The translations under genes were made by a program, and so were the position numbers. Below are positions 40,943-51,169 of a stretch of DNA of 64,000 bases, one piece after another (position 1 is the first letter of the stretch; every line of letters begins with the position of its first letter). The notes beneath the pieces are model-generated. The model ran no database searches, had not been told where the DNA came from, and saw only the letters and a program-made list of their open reading frames with translations. Source of the DNA: Candidatus Bathyarchaeia archaeon (lineage in GTDB: Archaea; Thermoproteota; Bathyarchaeia; Bathyarchaeales; Bathycorpusculaceae); assembly GCA_049516875.1 (NCBI GenBank), contig JBEKSS010000002.1:64001-128000 (forward strand), given 5' to 3'.

Positions 40943-41433
40943 CTGTTTCAGTCACCAGATTTTTCCCGTTTATCTCTTCATCCTTCATATTTTACACTTG
41001 CAAGCATTTATGCATTATCTGCGGCGCGGGCGCCTCGCATTTTGGCGGGTTTGGGAACCTCTAACAAAGCGCAGATTGTAGGGGCGAGATCAATGATATG
41101 AGCATGTGCTTGTGCGCGCGCTAGCAACTAAACATCTAGGGAAATACTTGACACATATAATCGGCAAAGATTCTCGAACAGAAGCATCAACCCAAACGCA
41201 CAAAAGGGAGATCTTGTCCGGGAAACGTCCACAAAAGGCCAGCAATACCCCTTCTCGACTGTCTTGAGTGACAATAGCTTTCTTGACAGGTCTTTCTCCT
41301 TTTTGTTCGCTACCTTCCTCTTTTTCTGCAGTTACCAATAACTCATTCTTTGCTTCTAGAAACTCTGCAAACCTAGTACACGCTTTGTAATCGATCGATC
41401 GCTCTTTTTTCATACCGAAAAACACGTATGCTC

Positions 41434-42471
41434 TTAGATCGGAGAGGAAAATGATTTGACAACTTGATGCGTGTCGAGTGACTTTTCAATGCTCTCTAGG
41501 AGATTGATTGCCTTTCTCCCATCTTCAGGCCGCACAGGCGGAGGAACATCTTTCTTCATGCTTCTCAAATATTCGCTAATCAGATAGTAATGCCCAGCAA
41601 AATAGCCAAGCTTACCGCCAGCGCTTCTTAGTGCGATAGGTCGCGACGGCAAGTGATGCAGAATCCTTTTGACATCAGAATAGAGAGAGGCTCTCGCCAT
41701 TTCTTCAAGAGAAGGATTGCTATCTCCATCTATGAGATACCTTTTTCCGCCTGAAGTTTCGGCTTCGAAGATTGCTTCAGCATGCTTAGCAATAAATGAC
41801 ACTTCTATCAGGCCATAGGCTTGATTAGAGCTTTTCAAAAGCACGGCAAAATTATTGTAGACTTGAGTATTCACTTTGCTTCCAACTGCGTAGACTTCAG
41901 ATATGCCTTTCAAGAAGTGCAACTGTAAATATGCCATATGAACGCCTGCCTCCCAAAGAACACCCTTTTCTTCAGGCGATAAATTCCACTTGGGTGCTGT
42001 TACTAGGGTGGGGTTCTCCTTGAGCGAAGTTCGACAATAGACGATGTGACGACCTCCAGAATCAATGATGGACCTGGCTTGTCGAATAGCTGGGAAGAAA
42101 ATCTGGTTGTGGCAAACACAAAGCTTGACTCCCTGCCTTTTTGTTACAAGTATCATTCTGTCACATTCCTCGACGCTGAGTGCCATAGGTTTTTCAACCA
42201 ATATATTGTGCCCAGACTTAGCCGCATCAACCACTATCGACGCATGGGTTGATGTAGGTGTACAAATATCAACCAGATCAAGGTCCTTAATCTCCAGAAG
42301 ATCCACATATTCCGAGAAGAATCTGTTCACTCCAAATCTCCCTGCAGCGGCTTTGGCCTTGGTCAGATTTATGTCCGCAACGGCAACTACTTTTGCATCT
42401 TTTATATTCTGGTAAACCCGCAAGTGATTCTGCGCTACTCCACCACAACCTATAAGACCTACATTCATCAA
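41434..42471 (-). CDS. Gfo/Idh/MocA oxidoreductase
   Basis: GLIGCG, ICTPTSTH, VEKPMA. Confidence 0.9.
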   Translation of the reverse strand: MMNVGLIGCGGVAQNHLRVYQNIKDAKVVAVADINLTKAKAAAGRFGVNRFFSEYVDLLEIKDLDLVDICTPTSTHASIVVDAAKSGHNILVEKPMALSVEECDRMILVTKRQGVKLCVCHNQIFFPAIRQARSIIDSGGRHIVYCRTSLKENPTLVTAPKWNLSPEEKGVLWEAGVHMAYLQLHFLKGISEVYAVGSKVNTQVYNNFAVLLKSSNQAYGLIEVSFIAKHAEAIFEAETSGGKRYLIDGDSNPSLEEMARASLYSDVKRILHHLPSRPIALRSAGGKLGYFAGHYYLISEYLRSMKKDVPPPVRPEDGRKAINLLESIEKSLDTHQVVKSFSSPI

Positions 42472-42653
42472 GACACCACTTTCATAATTTCCACCATAGA
42501 CTCGCGCGAGCTTATGCAGACCTATTATGCGGCGAATTACGTATAAGAGAGTTTGGGAATGGATCGATCATATTATCTGCGACGTAGAACGGTGACGTAG
42601 GCGATCGATCGTTCGGTTTTGTTTCGATAAGGGAAGCGCGCGCTTTTGTTTCG

Positions 42654-43095
42654 TTAGGGTCTAAGGGCGGTCATTAGTTTTTCGATGATGTCTAGTACGA
42701 AGTTCGTCAAGCATCGAAGTGGGCCGAGGAGGGTCATGGTTTCTCGTATGGTGTCGACGTCGCTTCGGGTGATCGCTCCTGTGAGGATGATAGCGATGAG
42801 GAAGAGGAAGAGGAACACGATTGCGCCAGCGACGAGTGCGATCAAGTTGCTGAAGGCTAGTTGGGTGATGAGAGCATAGGTGATTGCCGAGGCTGTGCGA
42901 CCTGATCGATCGATCGCGCGATAGGAGTATTTTGGCGGAGGACTCCCAGTCTACGGTTACGTCGTATTGTCTTTTTAGCCAGCGTAGTGCGACTATGAGG
43001 CTAGGGATGCCGGCTGTAAGCGTGGTGACAATTAAGCCGAGGATACCGAATCTGGAGATGAAAACGATGCTTAAGGGGAAGCCGATGCCGAACGT
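42654..43095 (-). pseudogene. 3' fragment of a flippase paralog, frameshifted by a GATC/CG tract
   Basis: FGILGLIVTTLTAGIPSL...SSAKILLS / TASAITY...GAITRSDVDTIR aligns to the C-terminus of 52175-53803. Confidence 0.85.
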
Positions 43096-43200
43096 GATCG
43101 ATCGATGTTACGTGCAACCAAGACAAAAAAGACGGCGTTGAAGGGGACGAATGGCAAGCGCCTCTCCCGTCAGGCTTTCCGTTTGCAAATCCGTCGATCG

Positions 43201-43430
43201 ATCCTGCTCCTCTAGCTCACTCCTACCAAGTACATGAACCTCGAACTGTTGAACGCGACCGCGTCTTCAAACCTTGAAAACATAGAGTCCTCTCTAGCAA
43301 TGAAACATCTAGCAAAGGCATCTACCTACCGCCAAAACGCCTCAAAGACTACGAGTCTGGCCTGGTTTTCATCCCACGGAAGGCAGGCGACCCCCTACCC
43401 GGGCCCGAAGAAACCGACTTAGAAAAACTG
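43201..43430 (+). pseudogene. Internal fragment of a paralog of 49066-49890
   Basis: ILLL*LTPTKY..ELL / KGIYLPPKRLKD...PLPGPEE versus VLLYIKPERY..TLL..DATYLPPKYFTD...SLPTPEQ; contains a stop and a frameshift. Confidence 0.75.
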
Positions 43431-43973
43431 CGATCGATCGATCTTTTACAGAAGTCTATTAAGTCCAAGAAACGCTTTCTTAAATCTTCCATAAAACTCG
43501 AAAAACACGCACTATGAAATGATCAACCAATTCTCATCAAGAACGGCAGTACTGGTAGCAAGCGCGTAGAACCAGGTTGTATGCTTGGGCTTTCCGTTAC
43601 CGCAGTGCATGCTATGACCTCCTAGAACTACCGCGCTTATCGGGAATAGAAAGCTTTGACCAGTCTTTTGACTTCTTCGATTTTCTCTATATCGGCAATC
43701 GCGCGTTCTATTTACGGGTGTGGGGGAAGAGAACCCCGGAGATCGATCGATTCAGAAGTCTGCAATGGTTTGGCAACTTAGAACGCGCAACCCAGAGCTG
43801 CGAGCGAGAGTTGAGCGAGCATTGCTATCAAACGCAGTTACCGTATGCTTTTTGTGATATGTAGTCCATTGGACAAATATCTGCCTTGCGTTTTGGTCAG
43901 GGACACGCGTCTCACCATATTCTTGTCTAGTGTGAGGATGGCAAGTCAATGAACGACTTATCATAGATGTCTG

Positions 43974-44675
43974 TTAGAAGACGATTTTGCGACAGTGAAA
44001 GGCTTCAGCGTACTTGCTTGGTGAATTGGATTCTACGCCTCGAATTCTCAGTATCGATCTAAAGGTCTCTTCAGTGAACCAGTGTTTTTTCTTCTGGGTC
44101 TTGAAGATGCTAGAGATGAGGCTTATTTTCATTTGAACGAGTGGCTCGTCGAGGTGAACGTAGAAGTTTGGGATTCCCAGGTCTCCGTCGTATTTTGGGA
44201 CTTCATACTCGAGGATGAAATGGTCCCTAAACGTGTTCCAAGTCAGATCGGAGATCAAGCGATGATCTTGATGAGCATCGTTGCTGTAGTGAGTTAATAC
44301 CATATCGGGAGAGAATTCCTTCTTTAGCTTCTCAAAGTAGTCCTTGATGTGCGCGCCAACAAATGGGAAATAGGATTCTCTGAACTGTTGGATGTCTATC
44401 TTCTTCAACTTGACGTCTTTCAGAAAAGCGTTTGCGCCTTCCCATGCCTCTTTGCCTCGTCTTGCGTTCCCACTGAGTACAGACCAGTAGAACTGAACGT
44501 CGCCCCGCTCTACTAGTCTCAGGATGGTGCCTCCACACCCGATTTCTATGTCGTCTGGATGCGAGCCCAAACATAAGACGTTTAATCTTGGAGATTTCTC
44601 AGGGAATTTGAGTTTAAGCATTCCAGATTGCCCCACGGTAATTTCTAACTGTTCGTATTTTTCCACACCTCCCAA
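43974..44675 (-). CDS. PIG-L/LmbE family deacetylase
   Basis: SHPDDIEIGCGG, HQDH, YEVPKYDGD. Confidence 0.9.
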   Translation of the reverse strand: MGGVEKYEQLEITVGQSGMLKLKFPEKSPRLNVLCLGSHPDDIEIGCGGTILRLVERGDVQFYWSVLSGNARRGKEAWEGANAFLKDVKLKKIDIQQFRESYFPFVGAHIKDYFEKLKKEFSPDMVLTHYSNDAHQDHRLISDLTWNTFRDHFILEYEVPKYDGDLGIPNFYVHLDEPLVQMKISLISSIFKTQKKKHWFTEETFRSILRIRGVESNSPSKYAEAFHCRKIVF

Positions 44676-45430
44676 GGCGCTTTACGTCCGGAGGCCAGTT
44701 CATCCAGCCGCTGCTTATCCTTGTATGTATCTAGGTTTGCCCAGAATCCATCATACTCGTATGCAACTAGTTCACTTCTCTTGATTAATCGTTGAAAAGG
44801 CTCGTCTACCAGATCTTCCCCCTCATTAATGTAATCAAATATCTCGTTCTTGAAAACGAAGAATCCTCCGTTAATTATCATGCCGGATTGACTTGCGTGG
44901 CGAATACTTTTGACACGACCGTCAGTGCCTGTTGAAACAACATGGAACGTGCCGAAGGTTTTCACAGCAAGAAAACAGCCTATCTTTCTGCGTTTGATAA
45001 AGAAATCAATCAACTTAGGAAGGTACAAATCAGTGACAGCGTCACTGTAATTGGCCAAAAACGCTTCTTCCCCTTCTAAGTATTTCTGAACTGCCTTCAA
45101 TCTCTGTCCAACATTTGAGTGCAAGCCTGTCTCAACGAAGGTGATTCTCCAATCTTCAATGTCACTCTTGAGCAGTTGCCGTTCTTTGCCTCCGTTCGAG
45201 AGAATGAAATCGTTCGAGAGGCATTCGTCGTAGTTCAAGAAGAATCTCTTGATCTGTTCCCCTTTGTAGCCAAGGCAGAGGACGAAGTCCTTATGTCCAA
45301 AGTGGGCATAATATTTCATGAGATGCCATAAGACGGGTTTTTCTCCGATGGTGACCATGGGTTTCGGAACGTTCTCAGTGCTGGGATAGAGTCTCAATCC
45401 CAAGCCGCCGCAAACCAAGACAACTTTCAT
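44645..45430 (-). CDS. rfbF: Glucose-1-phosphate cytidylyltransferase
   Basis: GGLGLRL..PKPM, LGYKG, INGGFF, GFWANLDT, APWEVW. Confidence 0.88.
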   Translation of the reverse strand: MKVVLVCGGLGLRLYPSTENVPKPMVTIGEKPVLWHLMKYYAHFGHKDFVLCLGYKGEQIKRFFLNYDECLSNDFILSNGGKERQLLKSDIEDWRITFVETGLHSNVGQRLKAVQKYLEGEEAFLANYSDAVTDLYLPKLIDFFIKRRKIGCFLAVKTFGTFHVVSTGTDGRVKSIRHASQSGMIINGGFFVFKNEIFDYINEGEDLVDEPFQRLIKRSELVAYEYDGFWANLDTYKDKQRLDELASGRKAPWEVWKNTNS

Positions 45431-45449
45431 TCATTTCCCTCTCTTTGTT

Positions 45450-46727
45450 CTAGGTAACATTGCAAGTTTCGCTGCAGTTCGCATCGTAAATCTTCACCTC
45501 TGGTATCGGTACAATGAATCTGCCACCCCACTGACCTATATATGACATCTGTTTCATTATTTCATCTTTCAGGTTCCAAGGTAGAATCAGCACGTAATCA
45601 GGCTTGGTTTCTTTTATCCTATCAGGATGGAAGATAGGGATGTGAGTTCCTGGCAGAAACTTTCCTTGCTTGTAATGGTTTCTATCAACAGTGTAGTCGA
45701 GGAAGTCCGATCGGACGCCACAGTAATTGAGAAGAGTATTACCCTTGCCTGGAGCACCGTATCCGACGATTGATTTCTTTTTTCGCTTGAGACTGATTAA
45801 CGAGCCTAAGAGATCTCTCTTTGTTTCTTTGACCTTTTCGGTGAACGAGAAGTATTTTTCAAGGTCCGTGAAACCCTCCGTGTTTTCTCTAGCTCTCAAC
45901 TCATCCACATGGCGAGTTACACGCTTGGATCTGTCCTCGCTGTGTCGAGCATAGATCCTTAGAGAGCCACCATGAGTAGGCAGTTCGTCGACGTCAAAAA
46001 TAGTTAAGCCGTGTGCGGCAAACACTCTTTCAGCGGTGAGGAAGGAGAAATATGAGAAATGCTCATGATAGATTGTGTCAAATTGGTTTCCATCCATTAA
46101 TTTCATCAGATGTGGGAACTCCATGGTGATGGTGCCCTTCGGTTTGAGTAGGATCTTCATGCTTTTCACGAATCCGTTGAGGTCGGGTACCTGAGCCAAT
46201 ACATTGTTTCCAATTAATAGATTGGCATGTTTTTTCTTCGCCGCTAGTTCATTAGCAGTCTTCAAGCCGAAGAATTTGACAGTAGTTGGTATTCCGTTTC
46301 TGATAGCTGCCGCCGCAACATTAGCCGCTGGCTCTACACCCAGGACTGGTATGCCTTTTCGAGCGAAGTATTGAAGAAGATAGCCATCGTTGCTGCCTAT
46401 TTCCACTACTTGACTTTTTCTATCTAACCCAAGTCTGTCAATAATCATTTCAGCATAGTTCTTGGCATGGTTCAGCCATGTTTCAGAGTATGACGAGAAG
46501 TATGCATATTCGGTGAAGATTCTTTCAGGAGACACGTACTCTTCCAGTTGAACCAAGAAACAGTTCTTGCAAACATGGGCATGCAGCGGATAGAAGGGCT
46601 CCATCTGGTTCAATTGATCTGGGCCCAAATAGCTTTCACAGAGAGGTTGCATTCCCAGGTCGACAAACGTATGTTGCAGTTCTGATCCACAGAATCTGCA
46701 TCGAGGCAACTCAGTTTTCTTGCTCAT
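45450..46727 (-). CDS. NDP-sugar C-methyltransferase
   Basis: CRFC, DLGMQP, EIGSNDG, DTIYHEH, HGGSLR, YGAPGKGNT. Confidence 0.9.
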   Translation of the reverse strand: MSKKTELPRCRFCGSELQHTFVDLGMQPLCESYLGPDQLNQMEPFYPLHAHVCKNCFLVQLEEYVSPERIFTEYAYFSSYSETWLNHAKNYAEMIIDRLGLDRKSQVVEIGSNDGYLLQYFARKGIPVLGVEPAANVAAAAIRNGIPTTVKFFGLKTANELAAKKKHANLLIGNNVLAQVPDLNGFVKSMKILLKPKGTITMEFPHLMKLMDGNQFDTIYHEHFSYFSFLTAERVFAAHGLTIFDVDELPTHGGSLRIYARHSEDRSKRVTRHVDELRARENTEGFTDLEKYFSFTEKVKETKRDLLGSLISLKRKKKSIVGYGAPGKGNTLLNYCGVRSDFLDYTVDRNHYKQGKFLPGTHIPIFHPDRIKETKPDYVLILPWNLKDEIMKQMSYIGQWGGRFIVPIPEVKIYDANCSETCNVT

Positions 46728-46958
46728 TCATTTTCCTCAAGGTGTCAATCGATTAATTCCTTGAGATTGATCGACGTTACTGAAGCTAAATAGTTTTTGC
46801 CACATTGCTTAATCGCTCGAATTCAGACACCAAATCAGCGCGCACTGCTTCCAGCGCGCGCGCAAATCAGACTAGAGGAATTCTATAGAAGGGTCATCCA
46901 GTCTGATTTATAAAGACGATACCGCAAAGATCCTTATACAAAGTAGCAGGGTGGAACT

Positions 46959-48788
46959 GTGAAGAAAATTATTCGAGGTCTTGCCATAGCGATTATTTTT
47001 TGTGCTATGCTGACTACAGCATATGGATCGAATGTGTATGGTTTTTCGCAAAAAATCAGCCTATCTAATTCTTCAACGTCTTCGTTCCCACAAAACGGGA
47101 TGGTGAGCATAGCTTTTGACGATAGCTTACAAAGCCAGTACGACTATGCTTTGCCTCTGCTAAAAGCGAAAGGAATGCACGCGACATTCTATGTTATCTC
47201 GGATCGTGTTGGTAAAAGTGGTTACTTGACTGTTTCAGAACTGCAGGATTTGCAAAGCAACGGAAATGAAATAGGTAGCCACAGCAAAACCCATCCAGGT
47301 TTCACGGGAATTTCAGACGCACAGATTCAACAAGAATGTTCGGTTTCAAAGCAAGTCTTACAATCGTATGGCTTGACAATCAACAATTTTGCCTATCCAT
47401 ATGGTGACTGCAACACACACACCGACTCCATAGTCAGCCAATACTACAGGTCGGCAAGATCAGCCTATGATTACCCTTACATCATGCAACTTCCGACAAC
47501 ACAGTTCAGATTGTTGGCAACAGCTGGAAACATACAGACCTATATTACAGAGCTTCAAGGATACGTTAACAATGTGATAGCATCTAAAGGATGGGCAATA
47601 ATAGTGTTCCACGATGTCGTTCCGAGTGCTGGTGACTGGCAGACAAGCACGCAAGTTTTTAGCCAATTCTTGGACTACTTGGAAGCCAATGGTGTGGAAG
47701 TATTGACTGTGAACCAGGCCCTAGACATGGGTTCGCGTGATGTCGACATAACTAGTGTAGTGCCCTCCGCTGTACAAGCCGTCCCCGGAACAATCATCGA
47801 CATAAACGTCACTGCGAGAAATGAAGGGGCAATGACGGAGACTTTCAACATTACCACGTATTATGATAACAACGAGATTGGCACTCAAACTGTCACCGAC
47901 TTGGCTTCCGGAGCAAACAGAACCATCACCTTTGGCTGGAATACTAATGCTGTGCCATTTGGTGACTATACGATCAAGGCAATAGCAAGCACGGTTCCCG
48001 AAGAGGTAGACACAGCGGACAACACATACGTCGGCGGCACAGTAACAATATTCGGACCACCAATAGCCAGCTTCACTTACTACCCATCAAACCCTTACAT
48101 CAATCAACCCGTTCTGTTTAATGCATCATCATCCACACCGGATGGCGGAACCATCACAAATTGCCTGTGGGACTTCGGTGATGGCAATATTACATCAGCG
48201 GCCAGCACCATAACGTCTCACGTATATACCTTGGGCGGAACTTACAACGTTGCGCTAACAGTGACCAACACTGAAGGCCTAAATGGGTCGGCATCCGAAC
48301 TGGTGACAGCAGAAGTCATGGTAGCGGACATCTTTTCTGTAGCATCCAACTCAACCGTTTCTGATCTGTCATTCAATTCGACAAGCTTGGAGCTAGGCTT
48401 CACCGTGGCTGGCCCCTCAGGCACGACAGGACTCACAAGAGTGACAATCGCAAAAACTTTCGTGGCAAATGTCACAAATCTCAAAGTGTTCTTGGACGAA
48501 AAACCGTGGCAGTATTCAGTCACCGAAACAGGGGATTCATGGGTGGTATCCTTTACATACACGCACAGCACTCATTACATAATGCTAGCTTTGAATCCTT
48601 CTCGCTTACGTGGCGATGTGAACAATGATGGACAGGTCAACATGCTGGACGTGAGCATGGTAGTCGCAGCTTTTGGTTCGAAGCCCACAGATACAAGATG
48701 GAATTCTGCAGCAGACTTGGACAACAATGGAATAATAAACATCAGGGACATAGCCATAGTAGTTAGAGAATTCGGAAACACAGTCTAG
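46959..48788 (+). CDS. Secreted polysaccharide deacetylase with CARDB, PKD and dockerin domains
   Basis: FDD, HSKTH, FAYPYG; WDFGDG; GDVNNDGQVNMLD...DLDNNGIINIRD. Confidence 0.87.
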   Translation: MKKIIRGLAIAIIFCAMLTTAYGSNVYGFSQKISLSNSSTSSFPQNGMVSIAFDDSLQSQYDYALPLLKAKGMHATFYVISDRVGKSGYLTVSELQDLQSNGNEIGSHSKTHPGFTGISDAQIQQECSVSKQVLQSYGLTINNFAYPYGDCNTHTDSIVSQYYRSARSAYDYPYIMQLPTTQFRLLATAGNIQTYITELQGYVNNVIASKGWAIIVFHDVVPSAGDWQTSTQVFSQFLDYLEANGVEVLTVNQALDMGSRDVDITSVVPSAVQAVPGTIIDINVTARNEGAMTETFNITTYYDNNEIGTQTVTDLASGANRTITFGWNTNAVPFGDYTIKAIASTVPEEVDTADNTYVGGTVTIFGPPIASFTYYPSNPYINQPVLFNASSSTPDGGTITNCLWDFGDGNITSAASTITSHVYTLGGTYNVALTVTNTEGLNGSASELVTAEVMVADIFSVASNSTVSDLSFNSTSLELGFTVAGPSGTTGLTRVTIAKTFVANVTNLKVFLDEKPWQYSVTETGDSWVVSFTYTHSTHYIMLALNPSRLRGDVNNDGQVNMLDVSMVVAAFGSKPTDTRWNSAADLDNNGIINIRDIAIVVREFGNTV

Positions 48789-48850
48789 AATCCTACCTTG
48801 GAATCTTATTCCGAGAAAATTCTGAACGTGCGCGCTAAACGAGCGCGCGC

Positions 48851-48955
48851 CCTGAAAAACCCAGGCAACCTAGCCCTCGCCCTGAAAGCCTTAACCATGA
48901 CAGTCGCAATGATAGCACTATACTTTCAAGACCTGAGAATAATCTTCACCGACGC
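48851..48955 (+). pseudogene. Possible N-terminal fragment of an exosortase/archaeosortase-like membrane protein
   Basis: LALKALTMTVAMIALYFQDLRIIFTDA resembles, from recall, such N-termini; ends at CGCGCGC 48953. Confidence 0.4.
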
Positions 48956-49065
48956 GCGCCACGTTTGGAAAACCAGGATGACCGGCAAAAGTCGAGAACA
49001 CAAGCGTCTGAGCGTGTGGAAGCAGATAATAACCCGTAGCTCAAAGTAGAAAAGAGGAGTCCAAA

Positions 49066-49890
49066 GTGCGCGTAGGAATAAACCTAGTAAGCTCAGCAAG
49101 TGTGACAATGCTTCTGCTGGGCACGATATCCCTAGTAGCTTCAATAGGCTATAATTCATCCATACTTGCTTTCATAGGCCTAGGCCTAGTCTTCTGGGGA
49201 GCAGTTCTCCTCTACATCAAACCCGAACGATACGCGAAAAAAACCCTCTTGGAAGCCGCATTGTCACCTTCTCTCACAACATTAAACCAGATGATCCTGG
49301 AACTCGGCTACAAAGGAGACGCCACATACCTCCCCCCAAAATACTTCACAGATCCAGAGACCACCCGGATGTGCGTGTCAAAATACAAGTATACAAGCCT
49401 TCCAACGCCAGAACAAATCCAACCATACGAGGACCAACCCTTAGCCCAAACCGCGCAAGGCCTGCTGCTCACACCGCCCGGGTTTGAGCTGTCAAAACTG
49501 CTGGAAAAGTCACTCGGAAAGAGCTTCATCAAAACAGACCTCGAAAGCCTCCAGCAGAGCCTCCCAAAAATCTTCATCGAAGACTTGGAAATCGCCGAAA
49601 ACCTGGAACTGCAAGCAGACACTTTCAACAAAAAAGAAGGCGTAACTGCATATGTCACTCAGGTGAGGAACACCACGGTCCACGCAACAATAACCAAACC
49701 GATCATTAGAAACAAACTCGAAGAGGCTGAACAAACCTCGCAGATAACCAGCTCAATCTTCTTCCCGCTCTGCAGCGCCATCGCCATAGCCATAACCAAG
49801 GCAACAGGCAAACCAGTAAGAATAACAGACACTATGAGCTCCGAGGACGGCAATGTTATAGAGGCCAGCTTCGAAATCGTGGAGGAATAG
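49066..49890 (+). CDS. Conserved archaeal membrane protein
   Basis: Two N-terminal TMs, YLPPK, TPPG, PLCSAIA. Confidence 0.75.
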   Translation: MRVGINLVSSASVTMLLLGTISLVASIGYNSSILAFIGLGLVFWGAVLLYIKPERYAKKTLLEAALSPSLTTLNQMILELGYKGDATYLPPKYFTDPETTRMCVSKYKYTSLPTPEQIQPYEDQPLAQTAQGLLLTPPGFELSKLLEKSLGKSFIKTDLESLQQSLPKIFIEDLEIAENLELQADTFNKKEGVTAYVTQVRNTTVHATITKPIIRNKLEEAEQTSQITSSIFFPLCSAIAIAITKATGKPVRITDTMSSEDGNVIEASFEIVEE

Positions 49891-49894
49891 CGCA

Positions 49895-50107
49895 ATGGAT
49901 TTTCCCATGTCATTCTGGGACATGAGCCTGTGGCTAGCCATCACAGCCATAATCCTACTCGTAACATCAGAACTCATCTCATCGTACTACGGAAAAACAA
50001 ACCCCCCCATCAACGAAAACAGACTACGAAATGTAGCACTAGCCGTCTCAACACTCTTCCTCGCAACAGTGGCTGTAAGAATAGTCACCATCATAATCAG
50101 CCCGTAA
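49895..50107 (+). CDS. Small two-TM protein
   Basis: SLWLAITAIILLVTSELIS...RLRNVAL; collinear with neighbours. Confidence 0.7.
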   Translation: MDFPMSFWDMSLWLAITAIILLVTSELISSYYGKTNPPINENRLRNVALAVSTLFLATVAVRIVTIIISP

Positions 50108-50329
50108 CGCGGAAAGAAACACGAAGACCAACGCGCTTGCAACCCACATTCTATACAGCGACAAACATGAAGGCACGTCTGGATTCCATGCAGACACAGA
50201 ATTCTGCGGCCGCACGTGCCTCCGGTGGAAACGCTGTTTCTTACAACAACGAAACAACGTTAACATAGAAGCATAAACCCTAAAACCTACAATAAACCTA
50301 ACAAGCCAACAGCCAAGGAGCCAACACAT

Positions 50330-50989
50330 TTGCCCAAAAAACCCGCCGAAGACGAACTGGACCAACAGATAATCCGCACCGTTGAAACGGAAAAACCAGA
50401 AACCATCCAACATCTAATCGACCAAGTACAGGCACTGTCATCAAAACCCAAACAGGAAATATTGGACCGAATACTGCAACTACAGCAAACAGAAAGAATC
50501 CACCTCAAACCAGCCCAAACAGCAACCCCGGAAAAGCTCACCAGCTACCTGCGCTCAAACCAAGCCCTCTGGTACTGGATCACCATGGCACTCACGATAG
50601 CCACAGCCATAGTCGTGTTCACTGTCCCCGAAGACGCCTTCCCACTAGTGTACCTAAGATACGTCCTAGGCACAGCGTTCGTCCTGTGGCTGCCAGGCTA
50701 CGCCTTCACAAAAGCCCTCTTCCCACAAAACCTTCCATTCGCCAAAGCCCTAGCACGCTCATCCGACACGTCTGAAAAAGAGTTGGACGCCATTGAACGC
50801 ATAGCCCTGAGCGTGGGCATGAGCATTGCACTCGTCCCCATCGTCGGCTTGCTCCTAAACTACACACCGTGGGGCATTCGTTTAACACCCATAGTCCTAA
50901 GCCTGCTCGCGTTGACCACAATCTTCGCCACAGCCGGAATCATAAGGGAACATCAAACCAGAGCCCCCCAAAAACGCAAGCCCAAATAG
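50330..50989 (+). CDS. DUF1616-like protein (N-terminal membrane part)
   Basis: RYVLG..FVLWLPGY..ALFP, ERIALSVGMSIA, LLNYTPWGI. Confidence 0.8.
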   Translation: MPKKPAEDELDQQIIRTVETEKPETIQHLIDQVQALSSKPKQEILDRILQLQQTERIHLKPAQTATPEKLTSYLRSNQALWYWITMALTIATAIVVFTVPEDAFPLVYLRYVLGTAFVLWLPGYAFTKALFPQNLPFAKALARSSDTSEKELDAIERIALSVGMSIALVPIVGLLLNYTPWGIRLTPIVLSLLALTTIFATAGIIREHQTRAPQKRKPK

Positions 50990-51169
50990 GCGCGCGCTAC
51001 TGAAACCAAAACAGTCAAGGTCGAGCAAACTCCGTCAAAACTCGACAACACGAAACCATCGACAAGAAATAAAAAAAGGACAGATGCCATCCCTTTTGAC
51101 AGCATAATCCCAAAACAGTCAGGGTCGACTGGTTTCCGATCGCACGGGTATCGCTGGTGCCCTGTAGAA

